DNA of 62,739 bases, filler included, from Circinaria calcarea (GCA_051942165.1; 22 parts of 22 records of this genome joined end to end with filler, not necessarily neighbours in it), one strand, 5' to 3'; counted from the whole stretch's first letter, positions 35,447 through 48,375 are shown. The notes: a model not told the origin generated them from the sequence alone. Translations and numbers: made by a program.

Positions 35447-36650
35447 TTAGACTTTCATATAGACACAATCCTTCTTCCTTCTCTCCTGCGAACGGGGCCA
35501 CACGAATCAGACCACGGCGACCAGGACCGTCCAAGGGATGGTGATCAAGAAGTAGACCCAGATATACCTCGAGATGGCCGGGTGCCCGGATTCCGGCTGC
35601 CAGTTGAACATGGTCATACTGAAGAATGCCTACACGCCATGAATCAGATCAGCGCGCTGTATGGCCTGGGTGCCACAAGAAAAGATATCAGTGCTGCTGT
35701 AGCGCACCGAAACGATTGTTCCCGGCAAGAAGATCAGAGTCGGAACAGCAACCGTCTTCATCGAAGAGCTGTCTCGCCGGCTCTCGATTGCGATCTGGCG
35801 AGTACTTTCTGCGGTCCGGACATCGACCAGGTTGCGGATCTAAGCTACACGTGAGATTTTCAGTCTAGATGATACGAGATAAAAGTGCGAGGGGAACGTG
35901 TACAGCGTGACGCTGCAGCTAGATTCTCTAAGGGAGAATGGTGGTGTCGTATTCATACGCAGACGAGAGCTAGAGATGGGATTTGACTCGTCGTACTACC
36001 TTGGCGGGTACGGAATCGTCGATACTCCTGGTGCCCGCTGGTGCCCCTCAACTGCCTCCCAGTCGTGGGTCCACGGTGCTAGCGTCATGGCTTCGAAGTA
36101 GTTTAGGAGATTGTGCGCCAGTGCTCTATCGGACTTCCAGCGTCGATCCTGCGTCAACTGAAGCGAATTACAAATATTTAATTCGTTACCTAGTTCAGTA
36201 TAGTCAGTTGGCTCCCGTGCGGACACAACATCGTGTTCTACTATTGCAACCTTCCCCTGATGTTCTGTCAACTGCCTTTCCGTATAGCTGACGTGCCATT
36301 CTAGTAGGCGGATTGGTAAGAGTATGAATTCCCTTCTGAGCCCGGGAGTGTAGCTATAGAGTTGGTTTTGTAGTAAAATATTAATATAGATACTTTTGTC
36401 TGCAACAAAAATGCTTCCTGTACCATGCCGCAAAGCTGGCACAGATATCGAACAAAATGGTCCTTCATCGTTCGGAGTCTGTACAATAAATCCCGTCGAA
36501 ATCAGCAAATCAACAACATGCATAGATAACTCGTACCTGGATGGCTTCCAGAAATGACTTCAACCAGTGCATCAGAGCCACTGGCGTTGTTATGCCATAA
36601 AGAGGTCCATTCAGCGGTGATCCAAGCACGTTCCATCAGAGCACTATATA
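35447..36650 (-). pseudogene. CorA-like (two C-terminal TM helices) fungal membrane protein, decayed
   Basis: The minus strand gives IAIESRRDSSSMKTVAVPTLIFLPGTIVS, intron, AFFSMTMFNW...ISRYIWVYFLITIPWTVLVAVV*F. Three in-frame TAG near 35920-35975, TGA at 35507, a frameshift near 36030 and an apparent acceptor mutated to CGG near 36493. 5' boundary approximate. Confidence 0.78.
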
Positions 36651-37440
36651 CTGCCTCCGAGAATGGGATTGGAGTATCCGCTAGATTTCTGTTGCAGACC
36701 GCCTAGGGATTCCATTCCTGCGTACTAAAATACAATCAACCTCTATTCCAGGCATTTCGGAGGATGCATACAGTACAGTAATTGAATTTTGCCTGAATCG
36801 GTCCACTTTAGTTCTTTCTACATTGATCAACTGTTATTGGCTATATTCAAGTTGAAGTGCAGCCCAAGAACTGCGACCTTGCGTACTTGCATGCAACCGA
36901 GGGAGGACTTCCGGTTCCGGGAGGGGTTTCTGATCGATGTAGTTCGGAAAGGTGGTATACTCCTACTGGCTAATAAGTAACTTAAATAACCTATCCTAGC
37001 ACAAAAGGACCCTTCTACCCCCGAAACGTGCTCCGGCAGCGGATATTCGATATATCCAAGTTCTCTGGCTAGAAAGCCCTGAATACCTCTAGCAAAATCG
37101 TTATAGTTGGTATCCGAACTTGTNNNNNNNNNNNNNNNNNNNNNNNNNNNNNNNNNNNNNNNNNNNNTTAATTAATTAANNNNNNNNNNNNNNNNNNNNN
37201 NNNNNNNNNNNNNNNNNNNNNNNCCGCCACCCCGGGCACAAAAACGCCCCCGTTCAAGTCATCTCGGTTTTTGAAATCCCTTTGCCAATCCTACTTACTC
37301 CTTTATCGGAAAATGAAAAACAGAATGAGTGCCTTTCAAAGAAATTGCCCTGTGTTTGAGGGGTGGGGGAGGGGGCGGTTCCCTAGATAAAAAGGTTCCT
37401 GCTTGCCTCTCTCCGCAAACCGCTCTCCGACCACGTTGAA

Positions 37441-37900
37441 CTATAAGAGCCGCCCCCTCGTACTATTAGCGGTAGTCTTGCGGCCATGGCAAGGCAATCG
37501 AAATACTGCGCCTGGCACTTTGATCATCATCGCACTCTCCTGGCTACCACTTCCGTAACCGGATTCGTGCGTTGGCGTAGGAATAGTGGATGTACAGTTG
37601 CTTGCAGACGATGTTGATGACTCTGTAGAATTTGCCGGGGTTATTCCCTTGGTAGTCGAGTTCATTGGAAGTGAGCTGTAGCCGGGAAAGCTCCGTTGAC
37701 GTAGTGCTGCTGACGCAGGAAGCAGCCGTGGTGGAAGTTTTGGACATTGTCGACTCTGCGGCTTCCTCGACCTTAGCCACCTTCGTCGCCTCTGCGAACC
37801 TTGTTGATTCTGGGGACTTTGACTCCTCTCACTTCGAAGACTCTGTCGAGGAAGACTTTGACGAAGAGCTTATTTCCGCGGACAGGAGTAGTTTAATTTC
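37441..37900 (-). pseudogene. Possible remnant of a Ser/Thr-rich cell-wall protein
   Basis: Two offset Ser/Thr-rich frames (SSSSKSSSTESSK*..TTAASCVSSTTST; NSTESSTSSASNCTSTIPT) with a stop and a frame change. No diagnostic domain. Confidence 0.25.
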
Positions 37901-38690
37901 GACATTAGATCAAAGATTCAGTGTTGATACGGGAAGCCTGGGTCTTTGCTCGGCTCCCAAAAGCAAGGTAGGTCCCGATCAGGGTAGATTACTTTTGTAT
38001 TGATACGAATGCACGCCACTCCTATAGTAACCAAGGAATCAAAAACAATACCGAGGTTGAATGGCCAAGCTTTGCGGGCCGCGCCTTGAACGCGTGGTAC
38101 CAAAACCGATGTGGGGAAAAGTGTGGAGAGACCGTGAGACGGCCAATCAAAGACCCGTTGCCCACTTGCATGAATCAGGGACGAATATTAAGATGCAACT
38201 GATGAGAGAATCATGTGGCGAACCATTGGCTCTGCCTTCTGCTCTTGAAACTATGTCTTCGGAGGTAGATAGAAGCACCGCAGTCAGCAGAGAAGACACA
38301 TGATATTAGACATTGCCGCGGACTGTAAGCGGTACCATCCGGCACATTATGTCTCAACGCCATGGTTTTGTAGCGCGTCGACGAATCTGATTTGATCTGT
38401 TTCGGCCTATCGAAAGTTTGAAATAGGCATATACTAAGCCTGCTAAGGTTTAATACAACGCCGGTAGCTTCAGGGACTCGGAGAATATCCTGTAGATGGT
38501 GACAGCATAGACGCGATAGGGCTGTGTGCGCATCTATACTCATCCATCTTCATCGCTAATCTGAGATTTCCGTCGGATGTACGCAATCCAAGCGTTCGAC
38601 GAACCGGGTTTCAAGTTGAAATGGTCTATCTGAACCTGGATGAATAGGTATGGTGGAGAGTAGATATGCCAATACTCGACAGTAACTGGT

Positions 38691-39978
38691 TTAGCTGGTC
38701 CACGCGAGCCAAATGTACCAAGGTATCGCGACCACGGCAACTATCGAAAAGCCCTGCCGGATCTCATACCATGCTCCAGGCAGTCTTTTCCGACCTCCAC
38801 GCTGAGATTCCTCGTCGTGCATTGTCCTACTCTTTCGCTGATGTCGGCCATTTGTAGCTTTGTCGAGACGTAAATCACCTCCGCCTGCTTTCTCGCTCAT
38901 TGGTAATCCATGATCGCAAACAGCACTCGAGCTTCGCGGACGACTGCCACTCCATCTTATTGCCAAACTCTTCGGAGCTTGCTGTTCTGATATATTTGCG
39001 CTTGAGCTGCTGTATAGCGACTCTTCGGAATCCATCTCATATCTCTTGGCGCTCACACTTGGTGATCTGTCAAGACGCAGGATATGACCGTTGACTTCAT
39101 CCAGCTCGTTGGAACGGTGCCAAAGCTGCACCAGGGCTCGAATGACCAGTACCGTAATCGTCAGTCCAAGCAAAACGCCATACCGAATGAATATTTCGAG
39201 CTGGTCGGGTAACAGACACAGATGACTGTTCAGGGTGGTAGTTCGAGCTGCCCCTTTGCTTGCATCTTCCTTGCCACGAAACATGTTGATAGAGTGGCCT
39301 GATTCATCAATTGGATTCCAAAGACTTAACATCAGAAACCCAGGTTTTCTCACTCCCATAGCCCAGGATATAGACTTCACCGTTATTTCACGAACACCGC
39401 CGCCCCTTGAGGTAAAGCCCCGATGGACAACCTCGCAGTAGTCATGGTCATCCCCGGAGAAGACAAACTCAACTTTCCCTATCTTTTCAATGAGATCGTT
39501 GGAGATGTCTGGGTGCAATACATTCTGGTATTGGTAACCTGCAGCTACCTGTATAGCATTCGCGTCGTCCTTGTGGAGGAATTCCTCCGTCCCATCCGTT
39601 TTTCGCGAGGGTGGCCATCGCTCACGGAGAGGACCGCATGGAGTTCCTGGAGGTCTATAGAGGGGAACATGCGTTAGGAGGATAGTTGGTAGCTCTGCAG
39701 ATGAGCTGTTGACAGAATTCAGGGCGGGCGAAATTTGCCCGTTTAGATCCAGGACAGTATGGTCTTCGCGTAGATTTTCGTCCCTACCATTCATTAGGCG
39801 AAGAACACGGTCCACTGCTTTTGCTTTCTTGTCTTTAACAGACGATAGAAACTCCTCGGTATCTCTCCAAATCTCGACACCTGCCTGTTGATGACCATCA
39901 TGAGCCGGACCAACTACTTGGGTATCAGTTTGACCCTTGGCACTCAGTGAGACCGTATCAATTGACACAAAGGTATGA
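38691..39978 (-). CDS. CDC1: Cdc1/MPPE1-family Mn-dependent metallophosphoesterase (GPI remodelling), 5' truncated
   Basis: PTILLTHVPLYR, CGPLRE, GYQYQNVL, VFSGDDHDYCEVVH, REITVKSISWAMGV, CLLPDQL, then two TM segments. Confidence 0.9.
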
Positions 39979-41477
39979 NNNNNNNNNNNNNNNNNNNNNN
40001 NNNNNNNNNNNNNNNNNNNNNNTTAATTAATTAANNNNNNNNNNNNNNNNNNNNNNNNNNNNNNNNNNNNNNNNNNNNGCCAGTGGCTAGTTCATCAAGA
40101 CTTCAAGGGAAACGAATTTTTCCAAAGTAGCCCCATTTTTTCTTTTTCTTTTCTTTCTTTTCCCCCCCCCCCCTAATAACTTACAACTTACAATTTCGTT
40201 AAATAAACGGGGGGTCGACGGGAAACCCTCCCTCTATCTACCAGATGTGTTTTAAACAAAAAAATCTTGATATCTTTTCCTTCTTTTAGGGCAAAAATTG
40301 GAATTGGAATGGGGGGGCATAGGGGGCAGGTGTAAGGAAGGGTGCTAGGAAAAAAAGCTAGACCGGTATAAGGGATAGAGTCCACTCCGTGGGCGCACGA
40401 TTTACCAGAGTAATAACCATTGCATTGGGTCTTTTTTTTTGGTTACTACTGTGGTGTGTCTGGTTTATTTATAAGCCATGGCTATTCTAAAAGAAGCGAG
40501 GAATTAGCCTGCTATAGATAGATATAATGCCTTGCTTACCATGCTCAACCTTTTGCTCCCCCTATGCTCCATTTTCCACTGAGCAAATACTGAAGCAATA
40601 CTGAGCACAGTTCCTGGGTGAGCCCCGTTCCCGGCCCTACCATAGCCCCTTTTTGTATGGTAGCTTAGCGCATGTCATGGTGCTTGGCGCCATGAGATAT
40701 TTTAATTCCCCCCCCCCCTTTAAATCCAGATTTTTCTTTTAAAAATCCCGTTAATATCGAAACTATTTTCCGCACCAGCACCGTACATTTGCACATACAT
40801 TTCATATATATACACGATATACCCTCAAAAGTTGTCTCGGGGTCCCCCCCCCTGCGACTTCCACGGAAGGTCCAAGGTCTGAGGTCTGAGGTCCGAGGTC
40901 CGGGTTATTGGGGGGGGGGGGGACATGTATATAAAAGGTAGTACTTTTAGCATAGAGAGAAACAAAGCAACCTTGAGCACGGAACAAAAAGGGTTCTCAG
41001 GACTAAAGAACACAGGACACGATATCATGTTTTGAAGAAAAAAAAAATTTCTCTCGAGAAATAATTTCTTTCATTCATTTGTTTTTAATTTTTTTTAATT
41101 TTAACATTACTTTATCATAGTTTTGGTTTCCTAAAACGGTCCCGGTCCGGTCCGGTCCAGTCCAAAGAACGGCTCTGCTTCGCTTTCCTTCTCCTTTCCC
41201 CAAACCGTACGTAACGGTACCCAAACATGAACGCGTACGCTATGCCCTTTATGCTCCCCGAGTCCTTGGCTCCGATAGGGAAAAAAAAATCCCCCCCCAC
41301 CCAGTGAGATACGGTATCCTAGAAACCCTCAATGCAGCCATTGCTGCGCCATATGTACACAGGTACCAGGAAAGGAATGAAAGGAAAAGAAAAAAAACCT
41401 CCCCTCATACCGGATGGATTAGATGATATATACAAAACTCCAAGTCCAATATGCACCAAGTGTCGAGTTCCATCCTG

Positions 41478-42804
41478 TTACAGTAAGCACATGGCAGCTG
41501 TTGCGGCAACCAACAGCCCCATCAGACCCTTCACCTCCGTCCTCCCTGCCAACCCCTCCTTTGCGGTGGTCGTGGCTGCAGCCGAGGCCGAAGTACTGGT
41601 ACTTCCACTCGAAGAACTCGGCGTTGCCCCGCCAGATGTATCCTGTCCGCCCGGCGTATTACTCTGGTCATTGGGTAACGGGCTAATCGACAGGCCCCTG
41701 ATCTCGGCTCCGTTACTAGAGTAGATCGTCATTGGGACGTTCCTCTGAGTGATCTCCACCAATCTTCCATTATTGGGGTTCTCGATACCATTATTGATCA
41801 AATCTTGTCCTCCAGGTGGAAGGGATGGAACATCAAACCTATTGTAAAAGTTTGGAGAACTGATAAGACTGCTGTTGCAAGCGGGTGGGGTAAGAGAAGT
41901 GGCGGTTGAATTACTGGATTGCAGACTGTTGATGTCGAGCTTGTTGAACTGGCTTTGAAGTTGATCAAAATCTGTTCGTAACGATACGGTATTGTTGTTG
42001 TTCAAGACCACAAGGCCATAGTCGGAGACTTCTTGAGAGTACTCGTAGACGACGCCACCACTCATGACGCTTGTCAGCGGTAAACTATATAGGGCTTGAA
42101 CTTCGTTGAAAACCCGAGGGGCCGGTATGTTGCAACCGTATTCGGAGAAGAAGACAGGAACGGTGGTATTGGCGAAATCAGCCTGAAGCACGTTGTAGCC
42201 TGACGACTGGTAGTTTGCAGTAGAACCGCACCAGGAATATGAATTCAGCCCGAAAAAGTCGATACGGGACATGTCATCCTTGTTTCCATTGACCGCGCAT
42301 TGAAGGTATTCCCATGTATCTGTCAAGATATCACGAACATCGGCTGCCGAGTAACCGACGGGAATGGATCGAGTGGATTGTTTTGCAATGTAATTCTTCA
42401 GGTCACGAGTGACCGCTCTGAGATAAGGGGGCACAAATTCTCCGCTTGGATTATCATTGATAACTTCATTCCCGCCAAAGAAACCCAGGGTATTCGGAAA
42501 GTCTTTGAAAGCTTCCACCACCCCGAATATCCGAGAGAGGTAGTCGGCGTTATATGAGCTTGAAGGATCGCCTCGGTTGATGCTTTGGTTCGGTAGTGGC
42601 GAATTGACATCGAGCAACATATATATGCCTACAGCATTGAAGATACTGGCGCACTCGTTATGATCAATCGATGGGTCCAGATTATATACTCGTATTGTAT
42701 TGACCCCAAGCTTTTGCATCAACGCTGCGTCTCGTAGGCAGACTGTCCCATTGCTCAAAGGATCAGCCCCCGGATTAAAGCTGGATGCTCCACCGGGTTG
42801 GTAT
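41478..42804 (-). CDS. gel2: GH72 1,3-beta-glucanosyltransferase, Gel2-like (no CBM43), GPI-anchored, first exon missing
   Basis: YQPGG, CLRDAALMQKLGVNTIRVYN, catalytic GNEV and FSEYGC, PVGYSAAD, GLNSYSWCG, a Ser/Thr tail and a hydrophobic GPI signal. Confidence 0.9.
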
Positions 42805-43489
42805 CTGCACGGACCGTTAGGATTCTGGANNNNNNNNNNNNNNNNNNNNNNNNNNNNNNNNNNNNNNNNNNNNTTAATTAATTAANNNNNNNNNNNNNNN
42901 NNNNNNNNNNNNNNNNNNNNNNNNNNNNNGGGCGGAGGGGGTACTGGGGGGAAACGCGGTGAAGTTGTTAGGTTTGGAGGTGAATGGTACTGATAATTAG
43001 CAGATGTGAATATCAAGTAACACGAATCTAACTATGCAGTTATCGTCCTTGAACTGGAGTCTGCTTTACCGGGCGTATCTGTACTAGGTGAGGTATTGGC
43101 GAGCCTGAAATGGTCGACTTAGGCGGTGGGCTTTGGTCGCAGCTTTTAGCGCTGTTTTCAGCAGGTAGCTTTGGCCAAGCCGGTAGTCCTCTGGGGCTAA
43201 TTTCCTACCTTCAAGTTCCCTACGGAGATTGGAATAACACCTTATTAAAAAAAACCAAGGCAAAACTCAACGGAGACATTCAATGGGAGATAACCGGTCT
43301 GTACTCAGGCTTGTCGACACTCTTCGAATCCTTTAGTAGCAGTATACTTCTGTTTTACACCGTCGGTGTTCTTCTGTTAAAATCGTGGTACTTGACACCG
43401 TAAGGTTTTTTTCCGATTGTAACCCTCTGAAGGTAAGGCACCGTAAGAAACTGGGCAAGCGTGTTTCGATCCCATCTGAGTTGATCCAC

Positions 43490-44150
43490 CTAGCCGGTTA
43501 CCACCACGCCAACTTCGCTCCATGATTGTCCGTCTTCGGTGACAGTGAACTCCTTCACCTGTCCGTGCTGCATTGCATACACGTGCTTATCCATATTTGT
43601 GGCTAACTCCGTATATTTTTCAACCCCTGGCCATGACGTCTAGATTCTGTACGGGTTCCAAATGAAAATCGCCAGTGCTAATACCCGTCCATCACGTATT
43701 GGACAGGCCATGAGTTCAGAGGAAAGGCTGTTCATACGCATCGTCCGGTGGGTACTGGGTACTATACCGTAGGAGAAGGCGGCGATAGGCGCGTTCATGG
43801 AAATGGGCCGATGTTATGCTAATGGAAGAGTCGCCGTCTATTAAAGCTGGTTTTAATAGGCGGAATCAATAACGTCCAACTCTCTGTCATCCGCGATCAC
43901 GGGGATGATATCACGAAAGTGTCTTCTGTCAGATATATACGAGATGCCAAGCTGTATGGCAGTCTCTTCAATCCGAAAGTCACTGACGGGAGTATCTCGA
44001 GCCCTGATACAGGCTTCTTCGTCGACCACGCAGAACCACTTAAGGTCCTCAAACTGCCTGCGAAAGGATAATGAATGGCCACTTGGCGTGTTGATCGAAA
44101 GGCCCGAGTTTCTCTCTGTTTTTGAAGCCAAAACGCCATTCTCGTCCTAA
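43490..44150 (-). pseudogene. Decayed fungal fucose-specific-lectin-like (beta-propeller) gene
   Basis: Fragments NAPIAAFSYG, THGLSNT*WTG, NLDVMA (frameshift) GVEKYTELATNMDKHVYAMQHGQVKEFTVTEDGQSWSEVGVV resemble the last blades of ascomycete lectin-like proteins. Several stops. Family assignment is from recall only. Confidence 0.45.
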
Positions 44151-44823
44151 ATTTAAGTTCCCTATGTGAGCCGGTCTCGCCATTAAGTGGATGCATTGAT
44201 GCGCCTTCACTATCGACCTTCTTTGCCTACCGCGACAAGAACATCTCTACCTGAAGATTGGCTCTGCCCCACATGTTGGCCTAAAGTAACTAAGTGCGTT
44301 TGCCTCGCCGGACAATCGACATCGCCGAAAAGCCAGAAGGCCAATAACAAGGCCTTAGGAGTTATGGGGGAAGAGGGACGAGAAGAAGGTAATAAAGAGG
44401 GGGAAAGGGGGAAGGAAAAGGAACAGGGGAAGGGAGAGGGAAGGGGCAATAGATAGGGGAGAAAAGAAAGGAAGAGAACAAAGCTGGAGAACTACACCTT
44501 GGTTTGCAAGAATTGGAGACCGCCTGGAAGCCCAGGCTGAACCCTTGACAGAAGGAATGGGGACCGTAACCAGAAAGTATATAGAGCTAGACATCTTAAG
44601 GCATAGCGAAATAAGCGAATACGTAGAAGTGGTATGCTAAATCCTGCTTCCTTTTGCTTCATCAACTAAGTTTACTTCAATATGAATGGGCATGATTGGA
44701 AATGTTCAAGGAGACAGCCATTTACTAAAGCCACAAATCGATGGTAGTTTGACGAATACGAGGCAGAAACCAACATACACAAGACCCATAGTACTCTTTT
44801 CAACACCCCCGAAGTTCCATTCT

Positions 44824-45677
44824 TCATTTCTTTTCGAATGGCGTCTCGTATGGTCGCTCTGCCTGCAGACATACACGAGCCAGAAGCCGTCGTCGTTGTT
44901 GCTATTCACCTGTAAGCTTTAGGGGAAATACATTGAACTCGGTTAACAAACATCAATGAAATCAAACATTGCAGAGTGACAAGTCACCCTGTTCTTCAAG
45001 CTGTGAGTCCAATATTCGGGCCGCCTTTCTCAGAGGACCTACATCAAAAATGACGACTGTTTTCTCTGTCCATCTGATCCTCGCTTGGCAATCTTGACTG
45101 TATGCAATGTGGTCAAATAAGAACTTAAGCAATGCATCGCTTTCTTCCTTTTTGTAACCTATAATCCGTTTGGTGTCTGGGAGCTCGTCAGCGTCGATAT
45201 GCCATCCTTGCTTATGGTCCGGACCCACATAGCGGGTTTACAAACAGCCCCTTTTCTCCAGTTACCGGATGCGTCCTGACGAGTGGATGGATGGCAGTGC
45301 CTGGTTCTCTTCTTACAAGGCCGCCATTCTTTCGAGTGGATTCGATGACATCCAAATCGGTGTGTTCGGTTGTCAGGCCATGCAATCTCTCCTGGAACGC
45401 TGGAGAGAGCCTGTTATATGCCTCTACTTGATTTGAGATGACGGTATCACCACCGACCTCGGGGCATTCAAGCATGTACAGGAAAACAAGACCAGGCGGT
45501 TGGGACTCAATGCTCCCGTCCATATGCCAGTTCATAGAGCTCACTCGCCGTGAGGCTGATTCTGCCAATCGGTTATCACCGCCTCCATTGTGCGCTATAT
45601 GGATTTCTGGATAACCTTCGACGGTTGGTCCTACTGGGTGTATGCTGAATCTGCCAAAGTAGCTGCAGTACTCGAGG
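44824..45677 (-). CDS. TauD/TfdA alpha-ketoglutarate-dependent sulfonate dioxygenase (Jlp1-like), 5' truncated
   Basis: WHMD (HxD), GGDT, HPLVRTHPVTGEKGLFVN, spliced FD|NRVTCHSA (distal His), last exon RRLLARVCLQAERPYETPFEKK* (TGA 44824-44826). Three introns. Confidence 0.92.
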
Positions 45678-46920
45678 NNNNNNNNNNNNNNNNNNNNNNN
45701 NNNNNNNNNNNNNNNNNNNNNTTAATTAATTAANNNNNNNNNNNNNNNNNNNNNNNNNNNNNNNNNNNNNNNNNNNNTGGATGCGATGCCAGGTTTTCTC
45801 GGGGCTCCATTTGCCAGTCATTCCGGCCGCATCGAGATCCGCGAGATAATCTTGGACGGTTCTATCTGATTTGGCCTTGGTTCTGGACTTACCCTTGAGA
45901 AAGGTTGCTTTAGTAAAGCCCGGGGCACCCAAGAGACAGTACGTACCATGATATTTTTTGTCAAACGATATTTAATCCGGTGGGGGACGCCCGTTCGAAA
46001 ACTTGAACAGGTATGGACACAGCAGCAACTTTTTGAGAACCCAACTTCTAATCGGCAGATAAGACTTGCTATGCAAGACAATAATCAGTTTGCAGCGGTC
46101 TTGGAGCAGTTTCGGAATACACTTGATATGTTAAATTGGGGACAAGTCCTTTTGTTCATGCATATTCCATGAACACAAACCCAGAATATTCACCTGAGAT
46201 GTAATATAGCAAGCCGGTGTAATGATTCAGAAAGAGAGTGTAAACCCATATTGGAAGAAAGTGTTGTAAACCACTGGGCTTCAATCTATATTGCCTGTAT
46301 TTCAATACAACCAATCTTACTCTCGTGCAAAACACCCATCTGCTTATCCAGCAATTCATAGCGTAATATAGTTGGTTGATAATTCGATTTCAACTGCAAG
46401 GTGATAGATGGTGGTTTCCATGTTAAAATAGTTTGCTTTAATTCTAAGCGAATCGGTTCTTCTTAATTTGAGCTTGTAAAGCCTATTTCAACACAAGGTA
46501 ACTCTCCCGTCTTAATGATATTCTCTGCATCCCAACTGTAAATTCGACTAGCCCCGCCTCATCTAACCAACCTGACGTAGTACAGAGTCTTGATCTCGAA
46601 GGTTACTATTACAGGTGCAGAAATAGCTCAGAAGTGCAACATAGCTTTTTTTTCTAAAATCAGTTTGTTTGACTCTATGAACTCAGTTCTGGCAGAGCGT
46701 GATCGCTAATAGTTAGTTTGATAAGTAAATTTATCGTGGGCCTGATATCGGGTAGAACTGAGGTACCTGAGGTTGGAATCTCTAGCTGGCAAGGGCATAC
46801 TCATACACTTACGCCGCTACACAGAAGAATGGAACACTCGATGTAAGTGGCAAATAATACTTTTAACTCGGATCTATATGCTTATGTACCGTCAGCTGTC
46901 CCTACGATGATGGCAATATC

Positions 46921-48018
46921 TTGACTCTCCAGATATACGGAGAGACCAATCTTCACCCACACCCTACTGGGCCCATTGAATGCAAGATTTTGAAATACTA
47001 CCGACTATCCACCCTTTCTTGCGTCATGCAAGTCGAGATCGATACTTTGTGCAGTCAAGGCAAACGATTCATTCTCAAATTGTACGATCATCGGTTTGCA
47101 ACCCAGCTCCGCGCCGACGAAAAAGTGGAACCTTTTACCCCTCTCCATCAGACAGCCTACTGGGACTTTGTCGAAAGCGGCCGCGCTTCCAATTTATTGG
47201 CCTGGCTTGAGGAAGACGAGAGCTTAGAGGAAGACAAGGACTTGGAGGAAGACAAGAGCTGGGAAAGGTGGCCCCCCCAGGAACGGGACTGGGGTCAGAA
47301 TGAGGTACATTTATACAACAAGCCCCTAGACCTGTACGACAGCGAATACGGAGTCCACAACCAGTTGCAGGACCTCCAGGGCACAGACAGGTTTTGGAAA
47401 GAGACATCCTCCGAGAAATGGGGTCTGGGTCAGAATGAGGTATATCTGTACAGCAAGTGCCTCGACCTGTACGACAGCGAATGTCGCGCCTACGACCAGT
47501 TGCAGGACCTCCAGGGCAATGATATTCCTCGGCTTATTGCTAAAGTTCGATTACCACTGGCGTCCCCGCCATCCATTCAGGCTCTTCTGCCGGCGGAGTT
47601 ACACGAAATCAAAGGCGTTTTGCTCGAATTCATTGACGGCTTCACGCTCTTAGAACTCATGGAGAAAGCACCCAAGGAAGCGTGGCAAAACATCTGCGAC
47701 CAAGCCATCCGCGTCGTTCATAGTTGCAATGATCGGAAGATCCTGAACGAAGACGTCCAGCCCTCGAATGTCATGGTCACCACCCAGTCCCAGTCCCAGG
47801 CAGAAAAGGCGTATCGGGTTGTGATACTAGATTTTGCCCAATGCCGAATCCGGGAGCCGGAGGAGTCTGATGAGGAATGGGGAAGAGCGAAATGGGTGCA
47901 GGATGAAGAAGGAGCGATAGGGCAGGTAATGAAGAGTAGGCTGAAGAAAGTGGGGTTTGATTTGGTATACAATCCCTCACTCAGGTATCTTGAATGGGCG
48001 AGCGGGGAGGATGATTGA
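46921..48018 (+). CDS. Atypical fungal protein-kinase-like protein with an internal 45-aa duplication; start codon unclear
   Basis: FILKLYDHRFATQLR, ECRAYDQLQDLQGNDIPRL, GVLLEFIDG, catalytic loop ILNEDVQPSNVMV, ILDFAQ and DEEGAIG. Confidence 0.75.
   Translation: MTLQIYGETNLHPHPTGPIECKILKYYRLSTLSCVMQVEIDTLCSQGKRFILKLYDHRFATQLRADEKVEPFTPLHQTAYWDFVESGRASNLLAWLEEDESLEEDKDLEEDKSWERWPPQERDWGQNEVHLYNKPLDLYDSEYGVHNQLQDLQGTDRFWKETSSEKWGLGQNEVYLYSKCLDLYDSECRAYDQLQDLQGNDIPRLIAKVRLPLASPPSIQALLPAELHEIKGVLLEFIDGFTLLELMEKAPKEAWQNICDQAIRVVHSCNDRKILNEDVQPSNVMVTTQSQSQAEKAYRVVILDFAQCRIREPEESDEEWGRAKWVQDEEGAIGQVMKSRLKKVGFDLVYNPSLRYLEWASGEDD
47259..47518 (+). repeat. 135-bp-period tandem duplication inside the kinase-like ORF
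   Basis: 47292-47383 versus 47427-47518 differ at about 14 of 92 positions by hand count. Weaker similarity extends about 33 bp upstream. Confidence 0.9.
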
Positions 48019-48375
48019 TTACCTGTTGAACTTTTTGCCACTGCGCCAAAAGGGGGTACCCCGCCCTTAGGCAGGCTGTATAGGCGTATATAGTTTGACA
48101 GCACCCTTTGGCGTCAACGTTGTCACCGTCGTAACCGGCGGCGTCAAGACCAACAACCTCATGAATTCCTTGCTGTAAGGGTGTAATGTCGGATCGGAAT
48201 AAACTTTTTACACGGAGCTAGTACGAAAGAAGTCTGGGAGCTTACGGAGGTGGCAAGTCCTAATGCCCCGCTTTCCTTTCTCACTCCATCCCTCCTTCAT
48301 CCCACTACCAGTTTGACTGCTGCAACCTTCACGTTACCTAGCGATCCTACCTTACTTTCTGAGACGTCACACACT

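Noticed and set aside
40079..41330. Homopolymer runs and short GGTCC/GAGGTCT repeats
   Set aside because: Low-complexity UTR or intergenic sequence without TIRs or array structure.
45778..46560. AT-rich minus-strand frame of about 120 codons with TAA/TAG interruptions, possibly a RIP-damaged gene
   Set aside because: The reading frame after the putative intron is ambiguous and no family is recognised.
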